This document shows, one piece after another, positions 31,701 through 42,369 of a stretch of DNA of 64,000 nucleotides. The notes beneath the pieces are model-generated. The model worked only from the letters and a program-made list of their open reading frames with translations. It was not told the DNA's origin and made no database searches. Numbering within the stretch: position 1 is the stretch's first letter; each line of letters opens with the position of its first letter. The position numbers were made by a program, and so were the translations under genes. Source of the stretch: a virus; IMG/VR virus record IMGVR_UViG_3300022602_002120, positions 64,001 to 128,000 of that record; one strand, given 5' to 3'.

Positions 31701-32577
31701 TATAGCTGACTTGGACGTAATTTACCTAACATATGACGAACCTAATAAAGAACAAAATTGGATTAAAATTCAAAACATGGTACCATGGGCAAAAAGGGTT
31801 GACGGGGTTAAGGGATCTGACGCCGCACACAAAGCGTGCGCTGACATCAGTGATACAGATCGTTTTGTGGTCATTGACGGTGATAATATTCCCGATCCAC
31901 AATTTTTTAACCTTCAGCTTGCTCTCGATGATACTAGTAGCGGATGCGTATTTCGCTGGCGTGCTCGCAACTTTATTAATGGGCTACAGTACGGAAACGG
32001 AGGTCTAAGTTGCTGGACTAAAGAATTTGTCTATGCAATGAAAACGCATGAAGCCACTGACGGTGATAGTAAGAATGATGTAGAGTTTTGTTTTTACCCT
32101 AACTATTGGGCCATGGCAGATTGTTATAGTACAACTTACCCAAATCAAACACCATTTCAAGCATGGAGAGCAGGCTTTAGAGAAGGTGTTAAGATGTGTT
32201 TAGATCGAGGCACTAAGCCTAGCCTACAAGAGTTTGAAAGTAAAGTGCATCATCGCAACTATGATCATTTGTGTATTTGGCAAACAGTAGGAGCAGATGT
32301 GGAGCATGGTTTTTGGGCAATATATGGCGCACGCTTGGGCACATGTTTAACAATGCTAGAAGATTGGGATTATCGTAAGGTGCAAGATTTTGATGAACTG
32401 TCTTTGTTGTGGGAAAAATATAAAGATCCTCAGCCTGGAACGAGTACAGAATACGGCATGCGCTTACGCCAACGTCTAGGCTTGCCTATTGTAGACATGG
32501 ATGTAGAACAGAGTCGTTTCTTCAAACATCATTATAAGAGTAATTTCCGTAATCGTGGAATAATGGAGAGAGAATGA
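31684..32577 (+). CDS. Glycosyltransferase-like protein (GT-A/GT2-like)
   Basis: DVIYLTYDEP..KRVDGVKGSDAAHKACA..FVVIDGDN (DxD); homologous to the C-terminal half of 51189. Confidence 0.55.
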   Translation: MTQLIDIADLDVIYLTYDEPNKEQNWIKIQNMVPWAKRVDGVKGSDAAHKACADISDTDRFVVIDGDNIPDPQFFNLQLALDDTSSGCVFRWRARNFINGLQYGNGGLSCWTKEFVYAMKTHEATDGDSKNDVEFCFYPNYWAMADCYSTTYPNQTPFQAWRAGFREGVKMCLDRGTKPSLQEFESKVHHRNYDHLCIWQTVGADVEHGFWAIYGARLGTCLTMLEDWDYRKVQDFDELSLLWEKYKDPQPGTSTEYGMRLRQRLGLPIVDMDVEQSRFFKHHYKSNFRNRGIMERE

Positions 32578-33428
32578 AATTACTCAATGACTCTTTAACT
32601 AACTATTTTGATTTTAAATTTAACATGGATTCTGCGGGGAATCAGGTAAGTTGGTGCCCTTATAATTTTGTGGACAATAATAAAAAGAACCTTGTAATCA
32701 CCATTGGTGATTCTTGGACCTGGGGCGCTGATATATGTGATGGCGATGCTACAGAACAAAGACTTAAGGATGTATTTGGAGCAATTATAGCAAATGAACT
32801 TTCAGCTGATTTTTTAAATTTAGGGCAAAGCGGATCTTGTAATTTTCATATACTGCGACGACTAGAAGAACTCGACGCTATCATACCACTCCTCGAATAC
32901 GACAAAATTTTAATAATTTGTGTGTACACAGAGGCATGCAGATCTATAGATAGCGAGTATGATAGAAAAATTGATTATATAAAGTGGTTTAAGAATAATA
33001 ATTTTCAAGATATATTAAAATATCACAATGGTCTATTTCAAGAAACTATTGTTGATCTAGAAAAGAAGCACCCGCATGTCAAATTAGTAATTGGCAATAA
33101 CTTTGTAGAACCAATTGGCATGGATACACGTTTAAATATATTGTCTAAAAATTGGGTAGAAGTATATAATGAACAAGCCATTCATGGCGAATATGTCAGA
33201 CCCTGTTATGTAATGAGCCATTGGGTTTTTGACAAAATTAGAGATTTTATTATTTTGATGTACCCTGATATTGACCGTGTTGAATTTAATAATTGGATGA
33301 TAGGGCTGATAGAAACAGCAAAAGACAGAAAAGAATTTACAATAAATCCAACATATTTTAAAGGTATAAGCCATCCTCTTAAGCTAGGACACAAAATATG
33401 GGCAAATTATATTCTTGAGAATTTATAA
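32574..33428 (+). CDS. SGNH/GDSL-like hydrolase or acyltransferase
   Basis: TIGDSWTWG, NLGQSGSCN, C-terminal SHPLKLGH. Confidence 0.65.
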   Translation: MKLLNDSLTNYFDFKFNMDSAGNQVSWCPYNFVDNNKKNLVITIGDSWTWGADICDGDATEQRLKDVFGAIIANELSADFLNLGQSGSCNFHILRRLEELDAIIPLLEYDKILIICVYTEACRSIDSEYDRKIDYIKWFKNNNFQDILKYHNGLFQETIVDLEKKHPHVKLVIGNNFVEPIGMDTRLNILSKNWVEVYNEQAIHGEYVRPCYVMSHWVFDKIRDFIILMYPDIDRVEFNNWMIGLIETAKDRKEFTINPTYFKGISHPLKLGHKIWANYILENL

Positions 33429-34396
33429 TGAAATATACATTAGAACTTGAGAATGATATATTATGGAATATTATTCCATTGGTTGCTTTTTTAAAAAATA
33501 ACGAAGGCAAAGATATTGAATTAACCGTAAATCAAGAATCTCATTGCCTACGGTTTTGTCGAGTGTATGAACTATTAGATATATTTGAGTTTAACTCTGT
33601 GACAATTTTTACCCGTAACGCATTAGAATATCATGACAAGTATAGAATTATGAATAATAATTGTTCTTGTTCTTGGAATTATTGGTTAGATAACGGAGCA
33701 ACCTACTTTAATCAAAAAACAGATTATAGATGGAACGGAAATAAATTATTTGGATGCTTTTATGGAAGACCGACAGCTGCCAGACTAGGCATAGCAAGTC
33801 ATTTATATAAAGAATATGTTAATAAATCTTTATTGTGTATAAAATTTAAAAATATTAACGAAGATGACCGAAAATTATTTGAGTTAGAACGGTTATATTC
33901 TTGGCACCCAGAAATGTTGCATCTATTATCTAATTTAATTGATAATAATATTAATCAATATTACAATTTTCCAGCATATAACTATGCCAGCGGAGATTAT
34001 GATTTTAATCATCCATTAAACGAGTTATATAGTGATATTTTTGTTGATATAGTAGTCGAAGCACATAATTTAGGTAATAGCTTTTATCCGACAGAAAAAA
34101 TAGCTAGAGCTATATTATGTAAGAAACCGTTTATTGTAATGGCTACAAAAAATTATTTGTATTATTTAAAACAAATAGGGTTTAAAACATTTACTGACTT
34201 GTGGGATGAAAATTACGATTTTCTCTATGGAAAAGATAGATACTATGCTATAATACAATTAATTGACAAATTAGCATCGATGAGTCAAAACGAAATACAA
34301 CAATTACATGAAAAAAGTCAGGATATAGTTGAACATAACTATAATTTATTAACTTCACTTTCATTTAGTAAACTTATAGTGAGAAAGCATGACTAA
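33428..34396 (+). CDS. GT-B glycosyltransferase-like protein (GT10-like TEK motif)
   Basis: DIFVDIVVEAH..FYPTEKIARAILCKKPFIV..GFKTF. Confidence 0.5.
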   Translation: MKYTLELENDILWNIIPLVAFLKNNEGKDIELTVNQESHCLRFCRVYELLDIFEFNSVTIFTRNALEYHDKYRIMNNNCSCSWNYWLDNGATYFNQKTDYRWNGNKLFGCFYGRPTAARLGIASHLYKEYVNKSLLCIKFKNINEDDRKLFELERLYSWHPEMLHLLSNLIDNNINQYYNFPAYNYASGDYDFNHPLNELYSDIFVDIVVEAHNLGNSFYPTEKIARAILCKKPFIVMATKNYLYYLKQIGFKTFTDLWDENYDFLYGKDRYYAIIQLIDKLASMSQNEIQQLHEKSQDIVEHNYNLLTSLSFSKLIVRKHD

Positions 34397-35801
34397 ATCA
34401 AAATTTATGAGCGCAGCAGAAGAAATGAAAGACAAACTAGGTCCTAGTCTTTGCTTGGCTAAATGGCAACAGGTAAGCCTACACCTACCAACAGGACTTA
34501 ACAATAGCTGTTACCATCCCCCATTACATGAGATTGATGCGGCACCTTTAGTGTTTCATCCTAGTGCCTTACATAACACAGCATATAAGAAAGAACAGCG
34601 TAAGAAAATGCTAGAGGGCACTCGTCCTAAAGAGTGTAACTACTGCTGGACCATGGAAGATGCTGGACACTTAAGTGATCGTCACTATCGTAGTGGTGAA
34701 CCCTGGGCGGCAGAACATTATGACACAATTAAAGACCTACCCTGGGATGCTGACGTTACTCCTAGTTATGTAGAAGTAAACTTCAGTCACGGCTGTAATC
34801 TAGCTTGCTCTTACTGTAGCCCACAGTTTAGTACAGAATGGCAGAAAGATATTGATCGTTGGGGTGCTTATCCTACAAGCAAACCTCATAATGCGCCTGA
34901 ACACTTCCAAGGTCGACGCAAACCTATTCCAGTTAAAGATGATAATCCTTATGTAGATGCGTTTTGGTCTTGGTGGCCTGAACTGTATCCTAAACTAAAA
35001 CATTTCCGTATGACAGGTGGTGAACCTCTAATGGACAAGAACACGCATCGTGTGTTCGACTATATCCTAGCGGCACCTAAGAGCGACTTACACGTAGATG
35101 TTACAAGTAACTTTAGCGTAGAGCCAGAACTGTTTAACAAGTATATAGACAAAGTTAAGCAGTTATGTGAAGGCACACGCATTGAACACTTCATGCAGTA
35201 TGTAAGCCTTGACACTGGTATTCCAGAACATGCTAGTTATATTCGTCGTGGCTTAAATCCTAGTAGGGTAGTTGACTATACTACTCGTTTCTTAGAAGAA
35301 ATTCCAGGACGCAATAGCCTAACGTTTATTATTACCATGAACAATCTTAGCATTTTAGGCCTAAAACGCTTGTTAGAAGAAATCTTGTTTTTGCGTAAAC
35401 AATATAGTTCAACTTATCAACGTGTTTGGTTCGATACTCCTGTGCTACGTACACCTAGTTGGCAGAGTCTACAAATACTTCCAGAAAGCTACACTGTGAT
35501 ATTAGCTGATGTAGTCAAGTATATGAAACAGAATCGATTAGACGAAAACAGTGATCGTTTTGATGGTTTCAAAGACTATGAAATACAACGCATGGAACGT
35601 GACCTAGATTGGATGAAGAAAGGCAAGAAACTCAGCGACAAGTATCTACATGAACAACGTGCTGACTTTTACCGTTTCTTCAATGAATATGACAAACGTC
35701 GTGGTGCCACTACCAAGGATGCCCGTGATGAAACATTCTTAGATGTGTTTCCAGAAATGAAAGAATTTTGGATGGAGTGCAAATATCATGCCGAAAATTA
35801 A
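34389..35801 (+). CDS. Radical SAM enzyme with N-terminal twitch/SPASM-like domain
   Basis: CNLACSYC and GGEP; N-terminal CLAKW..SCYH..CNYCW. Confidence 0.9.
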   Translation: MTKSKFMSAAEEMKDKLGPSLCLAKWQQVSLHLPTGLNNSCYHPPLHEIDAAPLVFHPSALHNTAYKKEQRKKMLEGTRPKECNYCWTMEDAGHLSDRHYRSGEPWAAEHYDTIKDLPWDADVTPSYVEVNFSHGCNLACSYCSPQFSTEWQKDIDRWGAYPTSKPHNAPEHFQGRRKPIPVKDDNPYVDAFWSWWPELYPKLKHFRMTGGEPLMDKNTHRVFDYILAAPKSDLHVDVTSNFSVEPELFNKYIDKVKQLCEGTRIEHFMQYVSLDTGIPEHASYIRRGLNPSRVVDYTTRFLEEIPGRNSLTFIITMNNLSILGLKRLLEEILFLRKQYSSTYQRVWFDTPVLRTPSWQSLQILPESYTVILADVVKYMKQNRLDENSDRFDGFKDYEIQRMERDLDWMKKGKKLSDKYLHEQRADFYRFFNEYDKRRGATTKDARDETFLDVFPEMKEFWMECKYHAEN

Positions 35802-36861
35802 TCTGCATACCTTTAATAATCTTCAAGATATAAAATTTTTTGATATTTGTTATAATGTCGCAAATATTGTGCCACACGATGAAATTCATGAGGTGCTCAG
35901 ATGTGATAATCTCAATTATCCTATACTTAATAAAGTAAAAATTATGCAAAATCTTACTCCTATTAGACAATACCTACGCCAAAGTACGAGTAATAAATTA
36001 ATTGTAATTGATTACTTAGAGGGGAATAACTCTATTATGTCGTGGCTAGGTCAGGAAAGAATTGCAGAATATGTAAGATCTAATCAATTGATTATTATAT
36101 CATCGGGGGAATTTGAAAATGGTATTTTTTTAAATTTAGATTTTTTTCTAGGACATATACACAGTACTTATAACCAAGCAATTGCATTAAATACATTTGA
36201 CAAAATTTTTAATCAACTTAATAAACCTTATAAATTTTTATGTTTAAATAAAGCAAAAAGACCTCACCGGGTAGAATTATTAGAATTATTAAAAAATTTA
36301 AATCTATTAGACACCGCACTTTGGAGTGCATTATATGATAATCAGACTATTCCGATGGAATACAACGACTATTTTAATGAGCGAAAGAAAGAAACTACCA
36401 TCAATCAAACTAACCACGATAATCCCTGGATAGATGGTCTTTTAGTTCCGGATCTATATATCGATACATATTTTTCTGTTGTCACTGAGACAAATTTTGA
36501 AATTCCAAGGTGCTATCGTACAGAAAAAATATATAAACCACTATTGATAGGACATCCATTTATTGCGGTGTCGGGATATCATTTTTATCAAGGGTTACAT
36601 AAGTTAGGGTTTAAAACTTTTGGTCATCTAATAGACGAGAGCTTTGATGATATTTTAAATAATAATGATCGATTAGTTAGAATAGCAAACACTATTAACA
36701 ATTTATGTAACAGCAATCTAGTAGAATTTTTAAAAGAAGCAAAACCTATATGTGAATATAATAGAAACTTATACTTTGAATTATTGGGGACAGATCCTTT
36801 AAGAAAATACAATTCTTTAATCAATTTTTTCAATGAACTAATAAATGCCGAAAATACATAA
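35788..36861 (+). CDS. GT-B glycosyltransferase-like protein (GT10-like TEK motif)
   Basis: FLCLNKAKRPHR..YFSVVTET..RTEKIYKPLLIGHPFI..GFKTF. Confidence 0.5.
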   Translation: MPKINLHTFNNLQDIKFFDICYNVANIVPHDEIHEVLRCDNLNYPILNKVKIMQNLTPIRQYLRQSTSNKLIVIDYLEGNNSIMSWLGQERIAEYVRSNQLIIISSGEFENGIFLNLDFFLGHIHSTYNQAIALNTFDKIFNQLNKPYKFLCLNKAKRPHRVELLELLKNLNLLDTALWSALYDNQTIPMEYNDYFNERKKETTINQTNHDNPWIDGLLVPDLYIDTYFSVVTETNFEIPRCYRTEKIYKPLLIGHPFIAVSGYHFYQGLHKLGFKTFGHLIDESFDDILNNNDRLVRIANTINNLCNSNLVEFLKEAKPICEYNRNLYFELLGTDPLRKYNSLINFFNELINAENT

Positions 36862-38224
36862 CGAAACAGACGTACAATACAAACGCAGAGTAATTGACAT
36901 CAAGAGTGCTAGTTTCTGTGCGGCTAAATGGTATAATGCCACTATATGGTTAGGTAGCGGACAAACTACTAGTTGTCATCATCCCTTACCACATCAAATT
37001 GATGTTAACGCGGCCTTGATTAATCCTAGTGCTATTCATAATACACCACAAAAGAAAGAACAACGTCGCCAAATGCAGATAGGCGAGCGTCCTGGTGGTT
37101 GCGAATACTGCTGGAAGATAGAAGACATGTATAAAGACTCTGGGTTATTTAATGGAGTTGATGTACCTGTGCCAATCAGTGACCGTGTGTATAAAACAGT
37201 AATATATAGTGATGAGGATTTAGATCTTGCCTATAATACCCCCGCAGAACATGATGTCAACTTACAGACTCTCGAAATTGCTTTTGATCGCACTTGCCAG
37301 TTTGCCTGTAGCTACTGTAATCCTGCTTTCAGCACTAGCTGGGTACGTGACATTAAACAAAACGGACCTTATGTCAATCTTGTCAGTGATGGTAGGAATC
37401 ACTTTACCCACGTTCATGACAGTAGCCAATTATATAAGCCCACAGAAGTAAATCCCTATGTCGAAGCATTTTTTAAGTGGTGGGAATCAGATCTACACAA
37501 GACATTAAAAGAATTACGTATCACAGGTGGCGAGCCCCTGATGTCGGGTCACACTTGGAAATTAATCGATTGGTTCAGAGAGAATCGCGGTAAGAGCTCT
37601 ACCCGATTGGCTATTAACAGTAACCTAGGATTTGAACAAGATAAATTGGAGCGATTATTAGATGCTACAGAAGGTATTGAACTTGATTTGTACACCAGCA
37701 ATGAAAGCATTGGTAGACACGCAATTTATATACGTGATGGCCTGGATTGGAATCAATGGGCTAGCAATGTTAGTTATCTATTGGATAGTAAAAGACTGCG
37801 CGGCCTACACGTCATGTGTACCATCAATGCCCTATGCTTATTAAGCCTAACAGAATTCCTATGGTCAGTTGTTAAACTTAAACAGAAGTATGGCAAGGAT
37901 TCAATTAACTTCAGTCTAAACATCTTACGCTTTCCTAGCTTCCAAAGTCCACTAATCTTACCATTGGCTATGCGTCAAGAGTTTGCTAATGAATTGAGAA
38001 GATTTGGCGATGCAACCAATGAACAGCTTCATGAATATGAGTTCAACCAATTACAACGATTAATTGAATACTTAAACAATGTAGATAGTCCGCACAGTGG
38101 AGCATTGTCACGTGAAGTATTACAACGTGACTTTAAGCACTTTTATCAGCAATACGATGAACGCCGAGGTAAAGACTTTAAATATACATTTCCACAACTA
38201 GCAGAATGGTATGACACACTATGA
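36845..38224 (+). CDS. Radical SAM enzyme with N-terminal twitch/SPASM-like domain
   Basis: CQFACSYC and GGEP; N-terminal CAAKW..SCHH..CEYCW. Confidence 0.9.
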   Translation: MPKIHNETDVQYKRRVIDIKSASFCAAKWYNATIWLGSGQTTSCHHPLPHQIDVNAALINPSAIHNTPQKKEQRRQMQIGERPGGCEYCWKIEDMYKDSGLFNGVDVPVPISDRVYKTVIYSDEDLDLAYNTPAEHDVNLQTLEIAFDRTCQFACSYCNPAFSTSWVRDIKQNGPYVNLVSDGRNHFTHVHDSSQLYKPTEVNPYVEAFFKWWESDLHKTLKELRITGGEPLMSGHTWKLIDWFRENRGKSSTRLAINSNLGFEQDKLERLLDATEGIELDLYTSNESIGRHAIYIRDGLDWNQWASNVSYLLDSKRLRGLHVMCTINALCLLSLTEFLWSVVKLKQKYGKDSINFSLNILRFPSFQSPLILPLAMRQEFANELRRFGDATNEQLHEYEFNQLQRLIEYLNNVDSPHSGALSREVLQRDFKHFYQQYDERRGKDFKYTFPQLAEWYDTL

Positions 38225-38886
38225 CAATATTAGCGTTTGGATGTTCAGTAACACACGGTGCAGAATTAGTGCATCCAAATCAGCACGAAGATAATGTCAA
38301 ATACAGCTATCCTAATTTAGTAGCCGAAACCTTAGGAGTTGAGTGTAAGAACTTAGCCGTATGTGGTGCCAGCAACGAAGATATTTTTCACAAAACACTC
38401 AATGTATTAAAAGTTACCAAACCTGATATAACCGCGGTTATTGTGGGATGGACTAGCGATGTCAGGGAATATTGGCGAGCAGATGGCAGGGAATGGTTTT
38501 TTATACCTAGTTGGTGTGCAACTAAGCAAATTGGCTCAGACCTAGAATACTTTAAAGATTATACTAGTAAAGATATTAACCTACACCCAAGGATATGTGC
38601 TGACAAAGAAGAATATTTAGAACCGTTAGCCGTAATGTACGACTATTTAATACGTTATAAATTTGATCAAGAAGAATACAAGTATAAGAAGTATAATTAT
38701 ATATCAAGCATTAGAGATTATTGTCAACTACACAGTATTAAATTAATTGAAACTTGTTGTTTAAATCCTACACCAGAAATAATGAATTTAGACGATATCG
38801 GCACTTGGCGCCAAGGATTGGGTCATCCTACAAAAACAGACCATGAACAAATAGCACAGCAGATACTATTAAAATATGAGCGATAA
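38221..38886 (+). CDS. SGNH/GDSL-like protein
   Basis: AFGCSVTHG, NLAVCGASN, GHPTKTDH. Confidence 0.65.
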   Translation: MTILAFGCSVTHGAELVHPNQHEDNVKYSYPNLVAETLGVECKNLAVCGASNEDIFHKTLNVLKVTKPDITAVIVGWTSDVREYWRADGREWFFIPSWCATKQIGSDLEYFKDYTSKDINLHPRICADKEEYLEPLAVMYDYLIRYKFDQEEYKYKKYNYISSIRDYCQLHSIKLIETCCLNPTPEIMNLDDIGTWRQGLGHPTKTDHEQIAQQILLKYER

Positions 38887-40192
38887 ACAACAAGACGACT
38901 ACTATAAAAATCATCATTACTATACACGTAAACCTGTATATATCAGTGAAGACGACCTACGCACAGATCAGTTAGATCGGTTGACTAAAAGTGATGTATT
39001 TTGTATGATACCATGGATACATATTCATGCTTTTCCGGATGGCCGCGCTTATCCATGTTGTTTAGGTGACGACCGACATCCTGTTGGCAACTTTAAGCAA
39101 GACAGTATAGAAACTGTTTGGAATCAAGACGCATATAAAACCATGCGTAAGAACATGCTTGAAGAAACTCCCTGTAAAGAATGTAGTAAATGTTACGAAC
39201 AAGAAGACAGCGGATTTATGAGTATGCGTAACAGCACTAACAAAAATTTCGGGCATCATATCAACATTGTTGATCAAACACTAGCAGATGGAACATTCCC
39301 AGAATTTAAACTACGCTATTATGATGTGCGGTTTAGTAACCTATGTAACTTTACCTGCAGAACCTGTGGTGGTTGGTTTAGTTCAAGTTGGTACACTGAG
39401 GAAGAAGACCTATACGGCAAACGTAACTATCCCAAGATCATGTTTGCAGGTCGCACTGAATTAGACATGTGGGAACAGTTAGAACCACATATACCTTACT
39501 TAGAACAGGTATACTTTGCTGGCGGCGAACCCATGATGATGGAAGAGCATTATCGTATACTTAAAGAACTAGTTAAACGTGAAATGTTTGATGTTAAGCT
39601 AATCTATAACACAAACTTTAGTCGCTTAAACTTAAAAGATGATAATGTACTTGACTATTGGAAGCTGTTCAAGAATGTCAGTGTTGGTGCTAGTTTGGAT
39701 GCTATGGGTCCACGTGCTGAATATATTCGTAAAGGTACTAAATGGGATCAAATTGAACGCAATCGTGAACAGATGTTAGAAGTATGCCCAACTACAGACT
39801 TTTATGTAAGTAGTACAGTTAGTCTATACAATGTACATCACTTACCTGACTTTCATCGAGAGTGGGTCGATAAAGGATATATTAAACATCAAGATTGGAA
39901 TATTAATATCCTTCAAGGTCCTGATCGCGATCGTATTGATGTATTACCTAACCTACTAAAAGATCAAATACGCAATAAGATTGTTGACCATATTGAATGG
40001 TTGACTCCACATGATCATTTAAAACGTGCTGTCAGTGGCTACGAAGGCATAATTAACTTTATGTATCAAAACTCTAAAACACATTTACTAAACGAATTCT
40101 TTCGAGTCAACAACGTACATGATGCGTATCGTAAAGAATCATTTGAAGCTACATTCCCAGAATTACAAACATTGAGAACGTATGTTGCCTGA
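38876..40192 (+). CDS. Radical SAM enzyme with N-terminal twitch/SPASM-like domain
   Basis: CNFTCRTC and GGEP; N-terminal CMIPW..PCC..CSKC. Confidence 0.9.
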   Translation: MSDKQQDDYYKNHHYYTRKPVYISEDDLRTDQLDRLTKSDVFCMIPWIHIHAFPDGRAYPCCLGDDRHPVGNFKQDSIETVWNQDAYKTMRKNMLEETPCKECSKCYEQEDSGFMSMRNSTNKNFGHHINIVDQTLADGTFPEFKLRYYDVRFSNLCNFTCRTCGGWFSSSWYTEEEDLYGKRNYPKIMFAGRTELDMWEQLEPHIPYLEQVYFAGGEPMMMEEHYRILKELVKREMFDVKLIYNTNFSRLNLKDDNVLDYWKLFKNVSVGASLDAMGPRAEYIRKGTKWDQIERNREQMLEVCPTTDFYVSSTVSLYNVHHLPDFHREWVDKGYIKHQDWNINILQGPDRDRIDVLPNLLKDQIRNKIVDHIEWLTPHDHLKRAVSGYEGIINFMYQNSKTHLLNEFFRVNNVHDAYRKESFEATFPELQTLRTYVA

Positions 40193-41360
40193 AAAAATTT
40201 GTATGCTACCTTGGATTAGTATTGAGACTAGCCCAATTGGTACTGCTCGCCCTTGCTGTTTGGCTAAAGATGAAATCCCTGGGTATAATCTCAGAGAGCA
40301 TACTCTTGAAGAAATATATCACAGTAACTATATGCAAGATCTACGTCAAGAATTTTTAGATGGTAACAAACCTAGTACCTGTCAACGCTGTTGGGATGAA
40401 GAAGCTGCTGGCCGTACCAGCAAGCGCATGAACAGTCGCATTAGACTAAAGGAATACTATGACAACGTTGATTGGAATAATCTTAACCCTGATCAGTTAT
40501 GGTTTATTGACCTTAAGTTGGGCAATATCTGTAATCTTAAGTGCCGTATTTGTGGAAGTTGGTCAAGTAGTAAGTGGGCTAAAGAAGAGATTGACTACGT
40601 ACCAGGTATTAATCGTAAAGAACACCTTGCTTACAAGTTTCTCGCTGATGGTGCTTGGCCTAGAGAAAATCCTCAATTCTGGGATAACCTAAAAGCTCTA
40701 CTGCCTAACATTAAATACTTTGAATTCACAGGCGGCGAACCTTTCCTTATTCAACAGCATTTTGATCTATTACAATACGCTGTAGACAACGACTATGCTA
40801 AAAATATTGAAATACACTACAACACCAATGGAACGGTGTTTCCTGACAGCTATGAAATATGGAGTCATTTTAAACACGTTGAAGTAGCATTTAGTATTGA
40901 CAATACTGCTGAACGTTTTGAATACGAAAGGTACGGAGCAGACTGGGCAGAAGTAGAGCATAATTTATGTCGATTTTTTGAACTACGTAATAAAAAATTT
41001 AGTACACAATTATGTTTAACAGTTAATATACAAAATGTCTATTATCTGCCAGAGATGTGTAATTGGTTTGCAAACTTACCATTTGACCATGTATACTTTA
41101 ACATGTTGCACGATCCTTGGCACATGTGTATTAGTAAAATGACATTAGATGCACAGGAACTAGTTATAGATAAATTATCTAATAGTGTTATAGATCCTAA
41201 GTATCGTGCAGAAATTTTACGCATTGTTAAGTTTATTCGTAACGGTGAAGGCAGTGACGGTCGAGAGTTTGTAACTAAGATGAAATTAGCGGATGAATAT
41301 CGTAACCAAAGTTTTTTAACTACTCATACAGAAATTGCCAAGGCCATGGGATATGAATAA
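40182..41360 (+). CDS. Radical SAM enzyme with N-terminal twitch/SPASM-like domain
   Basis: CNLKCRIC and GGEP; N-terminal CMLPW..PCC..CQRCW. Confidence 0.9.
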   Translation: MLPEKICMLPWISIETSPIGTARPCCLAKDEIPGYNLREHTLEEIYHSNYMQDLRQEFLDGNKPSTCQRCWDEEAAGRTSKRMNSRIRLKEYYDNVDWNNLNPDQLWFIDLKLGNICNLKCRICGSWSSSKWAKEEIDYVPGINRKEHLAYKFLADGAWPRENPQFWDNLKALLPNIKYFEFTGGEPFLIQQHFDLLQYAVDNDYAKNIEIHYNTNGTVFPDSYEIWSHFKHVEVAFSIDNTAERFEYERYGADWAEVEHNLCRFFELRNKKFSTQLCLTVNIQNVYYLPEMCNWFANLPFDHVYFNMLHDPWHMCISKMTLDAQELVIDKLSNSVIDPKYRAEILRIVKFIRNGEGSDGREFVTKMKLADEYRNQSFLTTHTEIAKAMGYE

Positions 41361-42369
41361 ACGCAAGTTAATACTCATTGGCTGGACTGATTTTAATAGT
41401 AGCTACATCAATTGGTACCTATCTGAATATTTTGATATCGAACCATACAACCTGAATAAAACTTATGCCAACGACTGTATATTTGTCATTTCTCGTAGTG
41501 AATATTGGCATGAACCAATGGTTGAAAAAATTTTAGAAAAAGGACATAAATTAATATTGGCTAATCAGTGGGAAGCTCAACCGTTTTTCCTAGCAGAACA
41601 ATTTACTCCGTATCTTGATAATATTTTGGTAATACTAGGTTGTAAAAACTCATTGGGATTGGGATGGAAAAATATTATAAATGTTCCAAATTGGTTTTGG
41701 TATAATGAAAGTTTATGGTATACATGTGAGTCTAAAATGAGTTATCACAAATACATACCTAATAGGTCTAATGGTAAATTATTTTTTATGCCTATTAATC
41801 GTGTTAAAGATTTTAGAACACGTATAGTTGATCAATTTAATGATGTGCTAGATCGAGCAATTTGGAGCTATGCACAACAGCATAACGGCGGGCAACATTT
41901 ACCTGTCGGGGATGTTAATCCTGTAGCCAGAATAGCATGGGATCGTCAATTTGAGGAATGGTGGTATAATGATTCATATTTTACCGTAACAGTAGAATCT
42001 TCTGTTGACACAGATCTAACAGCACCGTGTGAATTATTTGTCACAGAAAAAACATTTAAACCTATTGCGTTTCAACATCCGTTTTTAGTATGTGGGATGA
42101 AAGGAACCCTGAAATTTTTACATGATAATGGATTTGAGACATTTAATCATATATTTGATGAAAGTTATGATCAACTTGATTTTTTTGAAAACCGTCTAGA
42201 TAGCGTGCATAATAATATTAAAAATTTTGATACTACTAAGTATTTGGATCCGTTAACTAACGAAAAAATAAAACATAATTATGATAGATTTTATAATAGA
42301 GCAATAGTACTTAACGGTCTTAAAATGGATCTATTAGATCCATTATTGGAGTGGATTAATGCAAATTAA
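41335..42369 (+). CDS. GT-B glycosyltransferase-like protein (GT10-like TEK motif)
   Basis: YFTVTVES..FVTEKTFKPIAFQHPFLV..GFETF. The start may be the ATG at 41353. Confidence 0.5.
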   Translation: MPRPWDMNKRKLILIGWTDFNSSYINWYLSEYFDIEPYNLNKTYANDCIFVISRSEYWHEPMVEKILEKGHKLILANQWEAQPFFLAEQFTPYLDNILVILGCKNSLGLGWKNIINVPNWFWYNESLWYTCESKMSYHKYIPNRSNGKLFFMPINRVKDFRTRIVDQFNDVLDRAIWSYAQQHNGGQHLPVGDVNPVARIAWDRQFEEWWYNDSYFTVTVESSVDTDLTAPCELFVTEKTFKPIAFQHPFLVCGMKGTLKFLHDNGFETFNHIFDESYDQLDFFENRLDSVHNNIKNFDTTKYLDPLTNEKIKHNYDRFYNRAIVLNGLKMDLLDPLLEWINAN

